From Zygnema circumcarinatum SAG 698-1b (taxonomy: Eukaryota; Plantae; Zygnematophyceae): a DNA stretch of 64,000 nucleotides. The DNA is taken from positions 2,170,001 to 2,234,000 of the forward strand of contig CM074811.1 in assembly GCA_037447605.1 (NCBI GenBank), written 5' to 3'. Positions 27,518-38,800 of this stretch are shown here, in pieces (within the stretch, counting starts at the first letter, position 1; every line of letters begins with the position of its first letter). The notes below the pieces were generated by a model. It saw only the letters and a program-made list of their open reading frames with translations, was not told the DNA's origin and searched no databases. The translations under genes and the position numbers were made by a program.

Positions 27518-29611
27518 TCTGACTTGACTTTGCTTGACTTGGTTTGAACTAACTTGACCTTAAGTCATATCCTATGAAGCTTCTGTCCGGATATTGAAGA
27601 GCGCATTTGTAGACATGGGCTGCATACGGTCCATGAGCGCACGCATAATCACTTGGACCGGCCCAGGATTATAGTTTAGAGGGGAGCTGGCCAGTGAGTT
27701 TGGAAATTGGAAATTCGAGGGGGTATTGTGTTAGTCAGTCTGTTTTTCAGAATCTGAGGGAGGGCTAAGCCCTCTCTCAAAGACATCCGTGGATACGCCA
27801 CGTGGCGGCCGCATCCGTCTCAAGACGGCGGTGTAGTGAACAGACTCGAGTATAATAGTTGAGATCAAGGTAATAGTCGAGATTCCTTCCATATTCTCGA
27901 TGTTTTTCCATTTAGTACATGGTGATAGGTTTTTGCGCTGGAAATTCAATTGTACATAGCCGAATTTCGTGGGGTTTTTTCCCCGATAAAAAGTAGGTAG
28001 TCGAAGCTTTTTTGTATTGTTGGGAGAGTGAACGTCTCCGGGTTGCTCCGAAGAGTTTTGAACTGGCACTTCGCGAGTTCACTTTTTGAGAAATGCGACT
28101 TTCAAAAGAAAGAAAATGGTATTGAACTCACGATGGCGAGGCCAATCAAATGTACATGAACAAAAGTAGCATGTGGAACCATGAATGACTGGTCGCAAAG
28201 GACCTAAGCACAAAAGGTAGAAGCTAAGAGCGGAAAACTGCGCCTTGGTGCAAAAGTGTTAGTGTTACGTGTGAAGTAGTTAACGGCCTTCCGCTTACGA
28301 GTAGGGTTGGGGGCACGGTCCCCCTCCGACCCGTGCCCAGGGGCACGTGCCCCCCCCCCCCCCCTTGGGGGGGGGCATGCCCCTTTTTCGTGCCCCGTGA
28401 CGTGACTGCATTGAGCAATTCAAATCGGTCCCAAAAAGAATATAATATTTTAAAAACGGTACGAATGAAGGTACGGAAAGTACAGATGAATGTACTAAAC
28501 GTACGGATCAAGGTACAAATGTAAAAAAAAATATGAAAAGTACGGACAGTACTCAACACAACCAATCGTCACCGGCCCGGGCCCGGTCGTACGAGGTAAG
28601 CGTCACGTGACAGGGGGCACGGGGGGGCACGAAATATATGGGGAAAATTTTTGGAGGCGTGCCCCGGGCACGGACGGTCAAAAATGGGGGGCATGCCCCC
28701 CCCCCCNNNNNNNNNNGGCTTCACCTCCATCATCGCCACCGACCGCATTCAGATGCGCTGCCAAGTGCATTTCGAGCAGGCGCAGCTCGCCAAGTCGATG
28801 AAGCCGGAAAGCCTCGAGCTGGCCTGATCTGACTTGACTTTGCTTGACTTGGTTTGAACTAACTTGACCTTAAGTCATATCCTATGAAGCTTCTGTCCGG
28901 ATATTGAAGAGCGCATTTGTAGACATGGGCTGCATACGGTCCATGAGCGCACGCATAATCACTTGGACCGGCCCAGGATTATAGTTTAGAGGGGAGCTGG
29001 CCAGTGAGTTTGGAAATTGGAAATTCGAGGGGGTATTGTGTTAGTCAGTCTGTTTTTCAGAATCTGAGGGAGGGCTAAGCCCTCTCTCAAAGACATCCGT
29101 GGATACGCCACGTGGCGGCCGCATCCGTCTCAAGACGGCGGTGTAGTGAACAGACTCGAGTATAATAGTTGAGATCAAGGTAATAGTCGAGATTCCTTCC
29201 ATATTCTCGATGTTTTTCCATTTAGTACATGGTGATAGGTTTTTGCGCTGGAAATTCAATTGTACATAGCCGAATTTCGTGGGGTTTTTTCCCCGATAAA
29301 AAGTAGGTAGTCGAAGCTTTTTTGTATTGTTGGGAGAGTGAACGTCTCCGGGTTGCTCCGAAGAGTTTTGAACTGGCACTTCGCGAGTTCACTTTTTGAG
29401 AAATGCGACTTTCAAAAGAAAGAAAATGGTATTGAACTCACGATGGCGAGGCCAATCAAATGTACATGAACAAAAGTAGCATGTGGAACCATGAATGACT
29501 GGTCGCAAAGGACCTAAGCACAAAAGGTAGAAGCTAAGAGCGGAAAACTGCGCCTTGGTGCAAAAGTGTTAGTGTTACGTGTGAAGTAGTTAACGGCCTT
29601 CCGCTTACGAG

Positions 29612-30048
29612 TAGGGTTGGGGGCACGGTCCCCCTCCGACCCGTGCCCAGGGGCACGTGCCCCCCCCCCCCCCTTGGGGGGGGGCATGCCCCTTTTTCGT
29701 GCCCCGTGACGTGACTGCATTGAGCAATTCAAATCGGTCCCAAAAAGAATATAATATTTTAAAAACGGTACGAATGAAGGTACGGAAAGTACAGATGAAT
29801 GTACTAAACGTACGGATCAAGGTACAAATGTAAAAAAAAATATGAAAAGTACGGACAGTACTCAACACAACCAATCGTCACCGGCCCGGGCCCGGTCGTA
29901 CGAGGTAAGCGTCACGTGACAGGGGGCACGGGGGGGCACGAAATATATGGGGAAAATTTTTGGAGGCGTGCCCCGGGCACGGACGGTCAAAAATGGGGGG
30001 CATGCCCCCCCCCCCGGGCATGCCCGTGCCCCCGTGCCCCCAACCCTA
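29612..30048. mobile_element. hAT-like MITE of 437 bp (gap-truncated duplicate at 28302-28706)
   Basis: TIR TAGGGTTGGGGGCACGG / CCGTGCCCCCAACCCTA. 8-bp TSD CTTACGAG at 29604-29611 and 30049-30056. Repeated subterminal GGGCAC/GTGCCC motifs. Confidence 0.85.
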
Positions 30049-30427
30049 CTTACGAGTCGCGATGGACCGTCGATGAGGTTGGAACCAACGACCGTTGGAT
30101 CGAGGGCGTGGCTGACCGTTGGATTCTTCCTCGACAGACCACTGGATCCAGGCGCGATTGATCGTTCGATGCGGGTGCCCTGGACCGTTGGGATGTTTCG
30201 GTTTCGGCCTCTTTCATGCCGTTGGATTCGGACGCGATCGACTGTTGGATGTGAACCGATAGATCGAGGCTCGATACCGTTGGATGAAAGTTTGGGTGCC
30301 CATTGGGAGCGCATGGACCGTTGGATACGTCTCATTTCTGCTCATCTCTACTTTCCCTGTCTCCACCCACTTGCCGAAACCTGCCTCTCGCCTTCTCTCT
30401 GCTTAATTCTGCAGTTAGAGGGGATCA

Positions 30428-31428
30428 CACACTCGAACATTCAAGAGACTCAAACAAAGCAGATCAAGGGACGGTCGATCGACTCTAAGTTCATAACCAA
30501 CGTTCGCATTCTCTCTTGTAACCTTCAACCTCTAGTCCAAAGTTCCACCCAAAAAATAATCTCGGCCATGCGCGGCCATGGCGGCCGGGTGCAGGTAGGC
30601 AGTGAGCGGGCCGTGGCGGGCCCAGCGAGTGGTGCCTCCCCTGGGGAGTCAACGAGCATCCGCTACAAGCGTGTCCCGCTGCTGCTCCAGGGCGGCCGGA
30701 CCGACTGTAGCGCCCAGCTTCCCCACCCCCGCTACAGCCCCAGCCCGGCTCGCGGCGCCTCTGGCGTGTCGGTGACCGGCGGCTGTAGCGGAGTCTTGCA
30801 CGGGCGGCCGCGGGGAAAACTGCTTTCTAGCACAGTAGTATGCGACGGTCCGCGGCCTCAATTTCCCTGCAAGGGCGTGCTCAACATGGCTTGAGGCTGA
30901 CGGTTGGTGAAAAGACGCAACGGCGAGAACGAACGGGACGACAGGAGCAGGCACATGGAAGGAGCGGAGGGTCCGTACGGCGGAGGGAGGGGACTCGAAC
31001 GCTTTTCAATGGCTATAAAACGAATTCTTTTTAAATTATTTTCTCTTGGTATTGGCGCCGCGATGCTCCGTCGCCGCGCTTTGGGGTTCCGTGTCGTCGC
31101 CGTCCAAAACGTGGCAAGTTACGGATTTGTCAGCATCGAACTTTGCAGCACCGCCTACCGTAACTGGAACATGGTGCGTAAAACAGGTCCTTAAAAACCT
31201 TAACAACACGAGGACTGTTCCGTACTGTGAGGACTTCCTCTGAATCTACGAGTGACCACGTGACATATCCAACGGCCAATTTCCTGAATGTCACACTTGA
31301 ACATTCAAGAGACTCAAACAAAGCAGACCAAGGGACGGTCGATCGACTCTGAGTTCATGACCGACGTCCGCATTCGCTCTTGTAACTTCCCTCCAACCTT
31401 TAGTCCAAAGTTCGACCCAACAAATAAT
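30428..31428. repeat. Imperfect ~135-bp direct repeat (30428-30561 / 31293-31428) flanking a GC-rich 730-bp island
   Basis: Both copies read GAACATTCAAGAGACTCAAACAAAGCAGA.CAAGGGACGGTCGATCGACTCT. The right copy lies in the 3' flank of the aminopeptidase gene. Confidence 0.8.
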
Positions 31429-31497
31429 TTCCTCAAAGTAACAGCTGCCTACCATGCAAGTAATCGGTCTCATCAAAGTGAGCATTAGGGTTGTCAT

Positions 31498-34400
31498 CTA
31501 TTCCTTATCAACTTTCAATTGGGAGTCGACCATTGCAAAGTCCAAATAGAACGCCTTGAAGTGTTTGTAGGCGTAAGCCACGTCGTCAGTGCCGCACATC
31601 TCTCGAACGCTGTGCATTGACAACTGAGGAGCTCCGACGTCCACCGTCCGCAGGCCCACCCCACTTGCCAAAATTGGCCCAATGGTAGACCCGCATGCCA
31701 TGTCATTTCGAACCACAAAGTCCTGCGCCTCCCCCCTCCCTCCTTCCATTCAGTCCATCATTATAGATCCCACTCGAGTACAATCCAACGCCTCTGAGCA
31801 GAGACGTAAGTTCGACTCTTCAATTGGGCAAAATATCGGTCGAGGTATATTTTGCCCATGTGGAGGCAAAGGTTGGCAATCATTGCCAAAGGTTGCAACC
31901 ATTGGGTGGCTATATGCTTTAGTGCAGGCGCAAAAAGGAGCCATTCGGTTCAGAGGCTATGTGGACAGAACCTCCGTGCGAAGACCTGTCTTGAGCTGTA
32001 CAGTTTACAGCTAAACTGTGCTTTTTAACACCACCAGGGCCACTTTTTATCTACTCACGGGAGGAGAGAAGTGCACACCTGAGTGGGCAAGCCGTGGCGG
32101 TAGCCAATGTGTCTGAAAAGGAATGCAGTGACAGCATTTGTCGCATATCGCTGGTTGGCATTTGTCTTCAAAACGAGACCCTTATGCAGCTTCGGTTGAT
32201 GGTTTTCGTCATGCCGATCCTGCAGCATAGAAGACATGCACGAATTCATAAGCCTGCCAAAAACCGTCTATATGTTCGTCCAAAAGTTGGAAAAAAATGG
32301 GCTTGCGGGGCTCGCATGCTAAGGGCAAAGTACGCACCTGATAGTTTGGGTGTAAGGCGTGGGCCATGTCTGATGAAACCAGGAAGCTGTTTTGAATAGC
32401 TTGCTCAAGCACACCCTGCAGCTCTCCCATCCCTCCGTCGCAACATCGGACAACGCACAACTCCAAATAAAAGGGGCAACAATTAAAAAAAATATATTCT
32501 GCCTCTGACAGGCACACCCGAGTATCGAATCAGATCACTTCTTCTCCTTCTTCTTTACTTCTTCCTTACTCCACAACAACAATCCTCCTCAGGGAAAACA
32601 ATTTAGTCAGCGCTAACCTGTCCCGGCTTCCTCTCCGCCTCTTGAAAGTAAGCTGTTATCCGTCGAAGTGCGTCGATCATAACAGGGGACCCTGCTCCCT
32701 GTGCTGAATCACTACCAACCTCTTCATGGTCAAACAATGCCACCATGCGAACACCTGTCTCCTCCTCCAAAGCTCCCTCCGCACTGCTTGAGTCGATAAG
32801 GGCCTGCAATGGCGGCGTTTCCATGCTGAGAGACTCTTCTCTCACGGAGCCCATCGCTTATCAATCGTTCCTTCTAAAGCTACAATAAAACTGATCCCTC
32901 TCAGGCAGCATCTCAGCTCCGTATGAGCAAACCTTGAGAGAGCAGAAGGTGCTGCAGAGGTTGTCGAGTCGCCCCACAAATACAAATTCTTTCAGAATTC
33001 CTCCCAACTGTCCAGGTTGTGTATCGCAGACACTCAGCTCAAAGTCGCAGATGTCGCGCGCCTCGCAGCTTAACTCCTCCGCCAAAAGCTATTCGCCACA
33101 GTGCATGGACTTGATTTAGCACCAAATTTTAGAGTGGAAAACGTGGATTTGAAGCAGAGTCGTGCTACACAGTTGAGCATTGGAGCTCAGAGATGGAAAA
33201 AGTCTAAGCTAAGCTAAGCTCGTCTAAGCTTCATGAAACTGCTCTAACTTTTCCGTGCCAAACGCAATGAGAACACTTCCTTTGCCTTTACTAGTACCAA
33301 GTTGATGACTGACCTGGACTGCACATCGTCATCACATAACATTCACTCACCTCCAGCAAAACTGGGTGGTGTCGTGGTGGCTCTTCTGGTACAGTGGCTG
33401 CAGCCGATTCTGAGGATATCTTCTCTGTATTTGCAGAAGCTGCAACATCATTTGCTGGAGGTTCACTTTTCACGGTAGGAGCTGCTTTTGAAAGCTCAGC
33501 CTGTGAAAACCTTCAAAAGCTCATCTGAGAAAGCCAGCATTAAAGCACCGTAGGGAAACAGGGAGCAGCAACAAAACCGGATGAGATTTGAAATCATAGG
33601 TGAAAAACACTCCAATTAGGTAGCAATGATTGAACAGCCAAATCCAGAGAAAGGAATATAAAGTAGAGCTGGAGAAGAATCGAGAGGCTGCACGCACCTT
33701 TATAGACGTAGCCAAAAGCGGAACCAAATGATTCTGTGTGTTCACCTTGAACCCAGCCGTATTAACTTCCCTGCCAAACCAACAATACAAAGAAAAACAG
33801 CGTCTTAATTACGACATACATTTACAACACGGATGTTGGAAAAGCTGTCTCCAGCTTGCTGCCCTTCACATCAGAAGGGATAAGGATAAGTGACGATCCT
33901 TCTCGTCCCCAAATAGTTGTCGGATTTTGGAAACTGTACCTGTCCAGGTGAATAGCTAGAGTGGATATCCTAAGGATGGGTCGCTCAATCTTAACCAGGC
34001 GATGAGATATTTCTTCTGAATCCCCTTCATTCGTTCCAGCTTTTCTCAGCATCACTCGTCCGGCGACTGAGAGGTCCCGATCAAACCATGTATGCCACAG
34101 ACCCCCTCCATATATCTGCACTCCCACTTGCAAAAATCCGCCCTTGGAGACCTGCCCAAGGAAGCGATCGCTGACACATTGTAAGCTTCTCAACTATAAC
34201 GGCTTTCAAGTCTGTCCATTTTGCACAATCAGTCATTAATCTTTTACCAAGTCAGTAGCCTTGCTGAAAGAAAGGATACAAACTTCGCACACCAGAAACT
34301 CCATTAGAAGTTTTTCAAAGTGAGGGAAAATGAATTAACCTTAGAAACGGGCTTCAGCTTAGGACACGGGCTATCTGTGTGAGCACCGATGATCCAGAAT

Positions 34401-35243
34401 CCATTGCCAGCTACAAACCTGCGTCACAGACCACGGAATTAGAGGGCCTTGCATCAGATTCCAACGAGAAGATGAATACAACGATATAGAGAATTGCAAG
34501 AAACTATTCTAACTATTCTGGAGGAGATAATAAAGAACTATAGTTGGAGGAGATGTCTCATGAAGGAGGTATGATGATCTCTGGCATATAAAAAAAAATT
34601 CCCTAAACGTATATACAACCAATGAAAGAATGTCCATTTTCCTCACTGTCGAATAACTCACACCGGCTTATGTACGTCCCGTCACCCCTTTCAACCGAGA
34701 ACTCTGCAGATGTTTGAAGGCTTTTACAAGCCTCGGGGGCAATCAGTGAAAATGACTCACTTCTTTCCCACTGAAAAGGCCACAAGCGTAGAGAAATTGC
34801 GCGAAAAAAAATATTTTCCGCCCGGAGTCAGCTCCCAATGCTCTCGTTCATGAAGTTCCTTGAAGCCTGCTTTGTTCAAGCGCTGCTTCGCTTCATCTGC
34901 AACCACATTAATGTCGGAATGAGGTAAGTCGGATAGCCAGAATCTCTCTGATTTTAAGATGTCCGAAATGAAGGACTAGGTAAAATGGTTAGCTTATGGT
35001 TCATGTTTCACTTCACACTCAATTGAAGAAAAGGACACGTTTGGATACTAATTTCAGACGATCTTGACGCCTGCTTTAAACAGTCATTCAATACATTCGG
35101 ACTTTCAAGGGTAAAATCTAATTTTGAAGTATGAACATACAGACTGCGTGGAACGGGGTCCATGCGGCGTTAATGAATTCGAGAAGCTCCACCGCGATCG
35201 CCGTCGCCTCGCCCTCCTGCAGAGCGCCCCCCGCGGCAGCCAT
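31498..35243 (-). CDS. DNPEP: Aspartyl aminopeptidase, peptidase family M18 (multi-exon)
   Basis: [121 protein letters not shown]. Stop at 31498-31500. Confidence 0.95.
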
Positions 35244-35806
35244 GGATGGCCCTTGCTGCACTCCGCTCCCTCGTCGCAATCTGCGTCAATTTATAGCCTG
35301 CTGCCGTACATTTCATACAACGGAACCCCACAGAACATGGACAGGACAGATCCTGTTCCAGTCACCAGTCGCGCATAAAAACGCTGACGTACATACCCTT
35401 CCGAGTGCAGTTCTGTGTCGTATAACTACAGCTGCAACTATGTAAACGATTCCATTCGCACATATAGCACCGTAGATACCACAAATGTAAGCGGAGCAAA
35501 CAGATTTTGAACATGTAGAAGTGTCCGAAGCGGCGGAAGCGTAAGTCCAAGTCCTTAGAGCCGTGGGGGAGGTAGGGAGGGAAAACAAAGCTGTCATCAG
35601 CAGAGGGCCTTGGAAGCCGCGGAGGGGAGAGCTCAGGCTCGGAGCAGGAGCAGGAGTAGAAGCAGGAGCAAGAGCAGGAGCAAGAGCAGGAACAGGAGTC
35701 TTGGAGGGGAAAGAACACTGCTACGCATACCTTTCTCTCCACCTCCCTCTCCTCCTCGCCCTCTCACCTAAGTCTCGGAAGCCCTGTCTTCGTTTTCACG
35801 GCAGCT

Positions 35807-38800
35807 ATGGCCAGCAATGGGCCCTTTCAGCAGTTTTCTGGACATGGAGGACACGCGTTTGACGATGACATTCAGGTGAGGCAGCAGTTCCATTGTCATC
35901 CAAATTTCTGAAGGGAAGGAGATTGTATTGGATCGTGAAATGGTTGCCCCTTGTAGCTGGAATGCTCCAGTCTGACGATTTCAGCAAGAGGTTTGTGACT
36001 GGCAGTGGCGAGAATTCTGTCTGGAATAGATGCCGGCACCTAGCTCTATCATGCAGTGATTATAGGAAATTATACACTCAAATGAATATAATTCAATTAT
36101 CTATTTTCATTTGATGTCGCTCGTTATGGCAATGCAGTGGGCTTTTCCGGCAAGTTGTACAGATGAAGAGCACTGTAAAGAGCAGAGAACGCAATGCATT
36201 CAGTGGCAGCCTCAGCGATGTGCAGGTTCTTCGCACGTGGCATGTATGTTAGAAGGCCTTCTCAACTGCAGGCTGATAAGCAGCTGATAGTCTCTTTCGC
36301 TGCGATACTCTGCTGCTGCATTGTCCTTGAGGTTTATCGCAGTTTGCAGAGGTTCAGATTTCACTAAGCTCTGCTTAAATTGCAACCTTCGTAAAATAGA
36401 CTCTGATAGGCACATTGCTGAAGCGGGTAAAATGGGTCGAGGTTGAATTTTATCTCTTGGAAAGCTAAGTTGGACCATCGTGATTTCTCCATGTTTACTC
36501 CAATGCGGAGCACGATGAAAGCTGGTTCGTTTTCATTGGATGGCGTTTGCAAAACAAAATCTCGCCATTCCAGCTAGTTAAATATTCTGGCAAAGTTGAT
36601 TTGACAGTTATTGCATGCTATACATTCGTGCTGACATATCAACTCTGTCAAATTTGGCATTAATTTATCATGGTTTGAACTTATTCCTGCAAATGCTGCT
36701 CGGGATCGATAGAGCAGCTCGAGCACAGGACTGACGGTAGTAGCCCTGAGCAGTAATCTGGTATCTGCTGGTGTGATGTACCTATATTTTGCCGTGCGGG
36801 CCAACCTACCTTCATTACTTACTCCTTTAGTGTGGAGAGCCTGTCAAAGAGCAAACTTGAGGATCCTTGATATTGACTAGCTTGGGGGGTGGGGGTGGTG
36901 TGGAGAATGTTTACAGACAAGTGATGTGGCACATCTTGCCGGCCTCCATCTGCAGGACCACACTCCCCGGCTGCATGCCAATGCCAACCGCGAGCCCTTT
37001 CTCATTGGTCAGTCTCCTCGCCCATGTTCGCAGAATTCAACCGACTGTCCTTTTTTGCGATGGTTTCAGTTCAAGTGCCATGTTGGTAGTTCCAAACCAT
37101 GAAGCACGCTTCTGGCTGACTAAAAACTGCATAAAGCCTGGATAGGATATTCTGAGTTGTGGAGGAAGGTGATCCGTGAATGCTGCATTTCGTGGACGGC
37201 ATGTTAAGGGTTCTGCATGGATCGCGTCTCGTGATCCTTTCAGAACCCTTAAACCCTGCAACCGTTAATTCTCGCCTTCTGCCCTCTGAAAGTTGTTCTA
37301 GAATGGCCTGCTGCGGTGATATCCTCCATTCTGCCTTCACAAATTACAAACTACGGCTTCATTCAACTTGCAGGAGTAGCTGGAGGAACAGCTTCAGGGA
37401 AGACTACTGTGTGTGACCAAATCATTCAACAGCTCCATGACCACCGCGTCATACTCGTCAATCAGGTAAGCTGTAAATCAGCTGCATTTTTTGTCAGTAT
37501 TACACCGGGCACGAGATCTAAACAACCCCTCAGAAATTTCTTGCAGTCTGCATCGAGGTAGTGAACGCACGGTTGTGCTCGTCTGGAAGGTGAGGGGATT
37601 TTTCTCTCTTTAGCTCTTGCCAAGGATACCCCTAGGCTACATGGTGCAGTTAGGGTGTTCCTCCCATCAAATGCGTCTAATCTCATAGTCCTTGGAACCT
37701 CTCTTCTCTCTCTCCTCTCCTCTCTCCTCTCCTCTCCTCTCTCCTCTCCTCTCCTCTCCTCTCCTCTCCTCTCCTCTTCTCTCTTCTCTCTTGGCGTGTC
37801 AAGTGCTGATTTGCTGTAAGGTAGAGTGGTTTGGCTTTGAAACCCAACCCCTGCAATAGCTGCCCTGAAAGGGGCACCATTTTGTGGTCTTTGCAGGATT
37901 CCTTTTATCGTGGCCTCACGCCTGAGGAATTGGAATATGTGCATGAGTATAATTTCGATCATCCAGGCAAGCTTCTGACTACTTTTCCATCTCACTTTCA
38001 GATTAGAATTCAACATCTCCATTTATTTTATATATATATATATATATTTTTATTCTGTTTTTTAAAACTTCTTTCTAAGCGGAGTGCTGCCAAACTTCTG
38101 AAGGAGTGTCGGCGAGGTGAAGGTGGGCTACCTATAATCATTTACTACAGGGAATCAATCCTAAAGCAGAGTTAAAGGATGGAATAGAGAGCAGATGTGA
38201 ACCCACGGTCAGGTTGAGGGAAGGAGCAGAAACTTTTCTGCATGCAGAAAGTGAAGCAAGGCAAATAACAGCGAATCATAGAGACAGAACAATTGGCCAA
38301 TTGTCGGATTCAGATCCGCTAACTCTAATAAGAAGGCTGTCCTGCAGATGCCTTTGACACTGATGCGATGTTGGCGGCACTCTCCGTCCTAAAGACGGGT
38401 CGCTCTGTTGATATCCCAATCTACGACTTCAAATCCCATCAACGTTCGGAAAAAACGCGAAAGGTGTGTTTCTGGAAATGCTGCTTTTGCGGAGGTGATT
38501 TAGAGAGCAGGAAGGGGATTCTGGAGGGCCCTGCTTATAGAAGCTGCCAGGAGTAGCTATAAGGGATGTTCCAGTATCTGTTTGGTATAAATAAAGAGGA
38601 ATTAGGGCCCAAGCTGGATGGCTGCAGATGAATGCTGGTGATGTAATCATTATGGAGGGAATTCTGGTTTTCCATGACCCAAAAGTGCGGAACATCATGA
38701 ACATGAAGATATTTGTTGACACAGGTGAGAGGAGGGCCTCTGCTGCCGCCAAACAAAATTGAAATTTCAGAAAACTCTGAAATAACTTCAGAGTTTATTG

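Noticed and set aside
30064-30326. CRISPR-like repeat-spacer array
   Set aside because: The repeat is about 10 bp with irregular spacing, the context is eukaryotic, and there are no cas genes.
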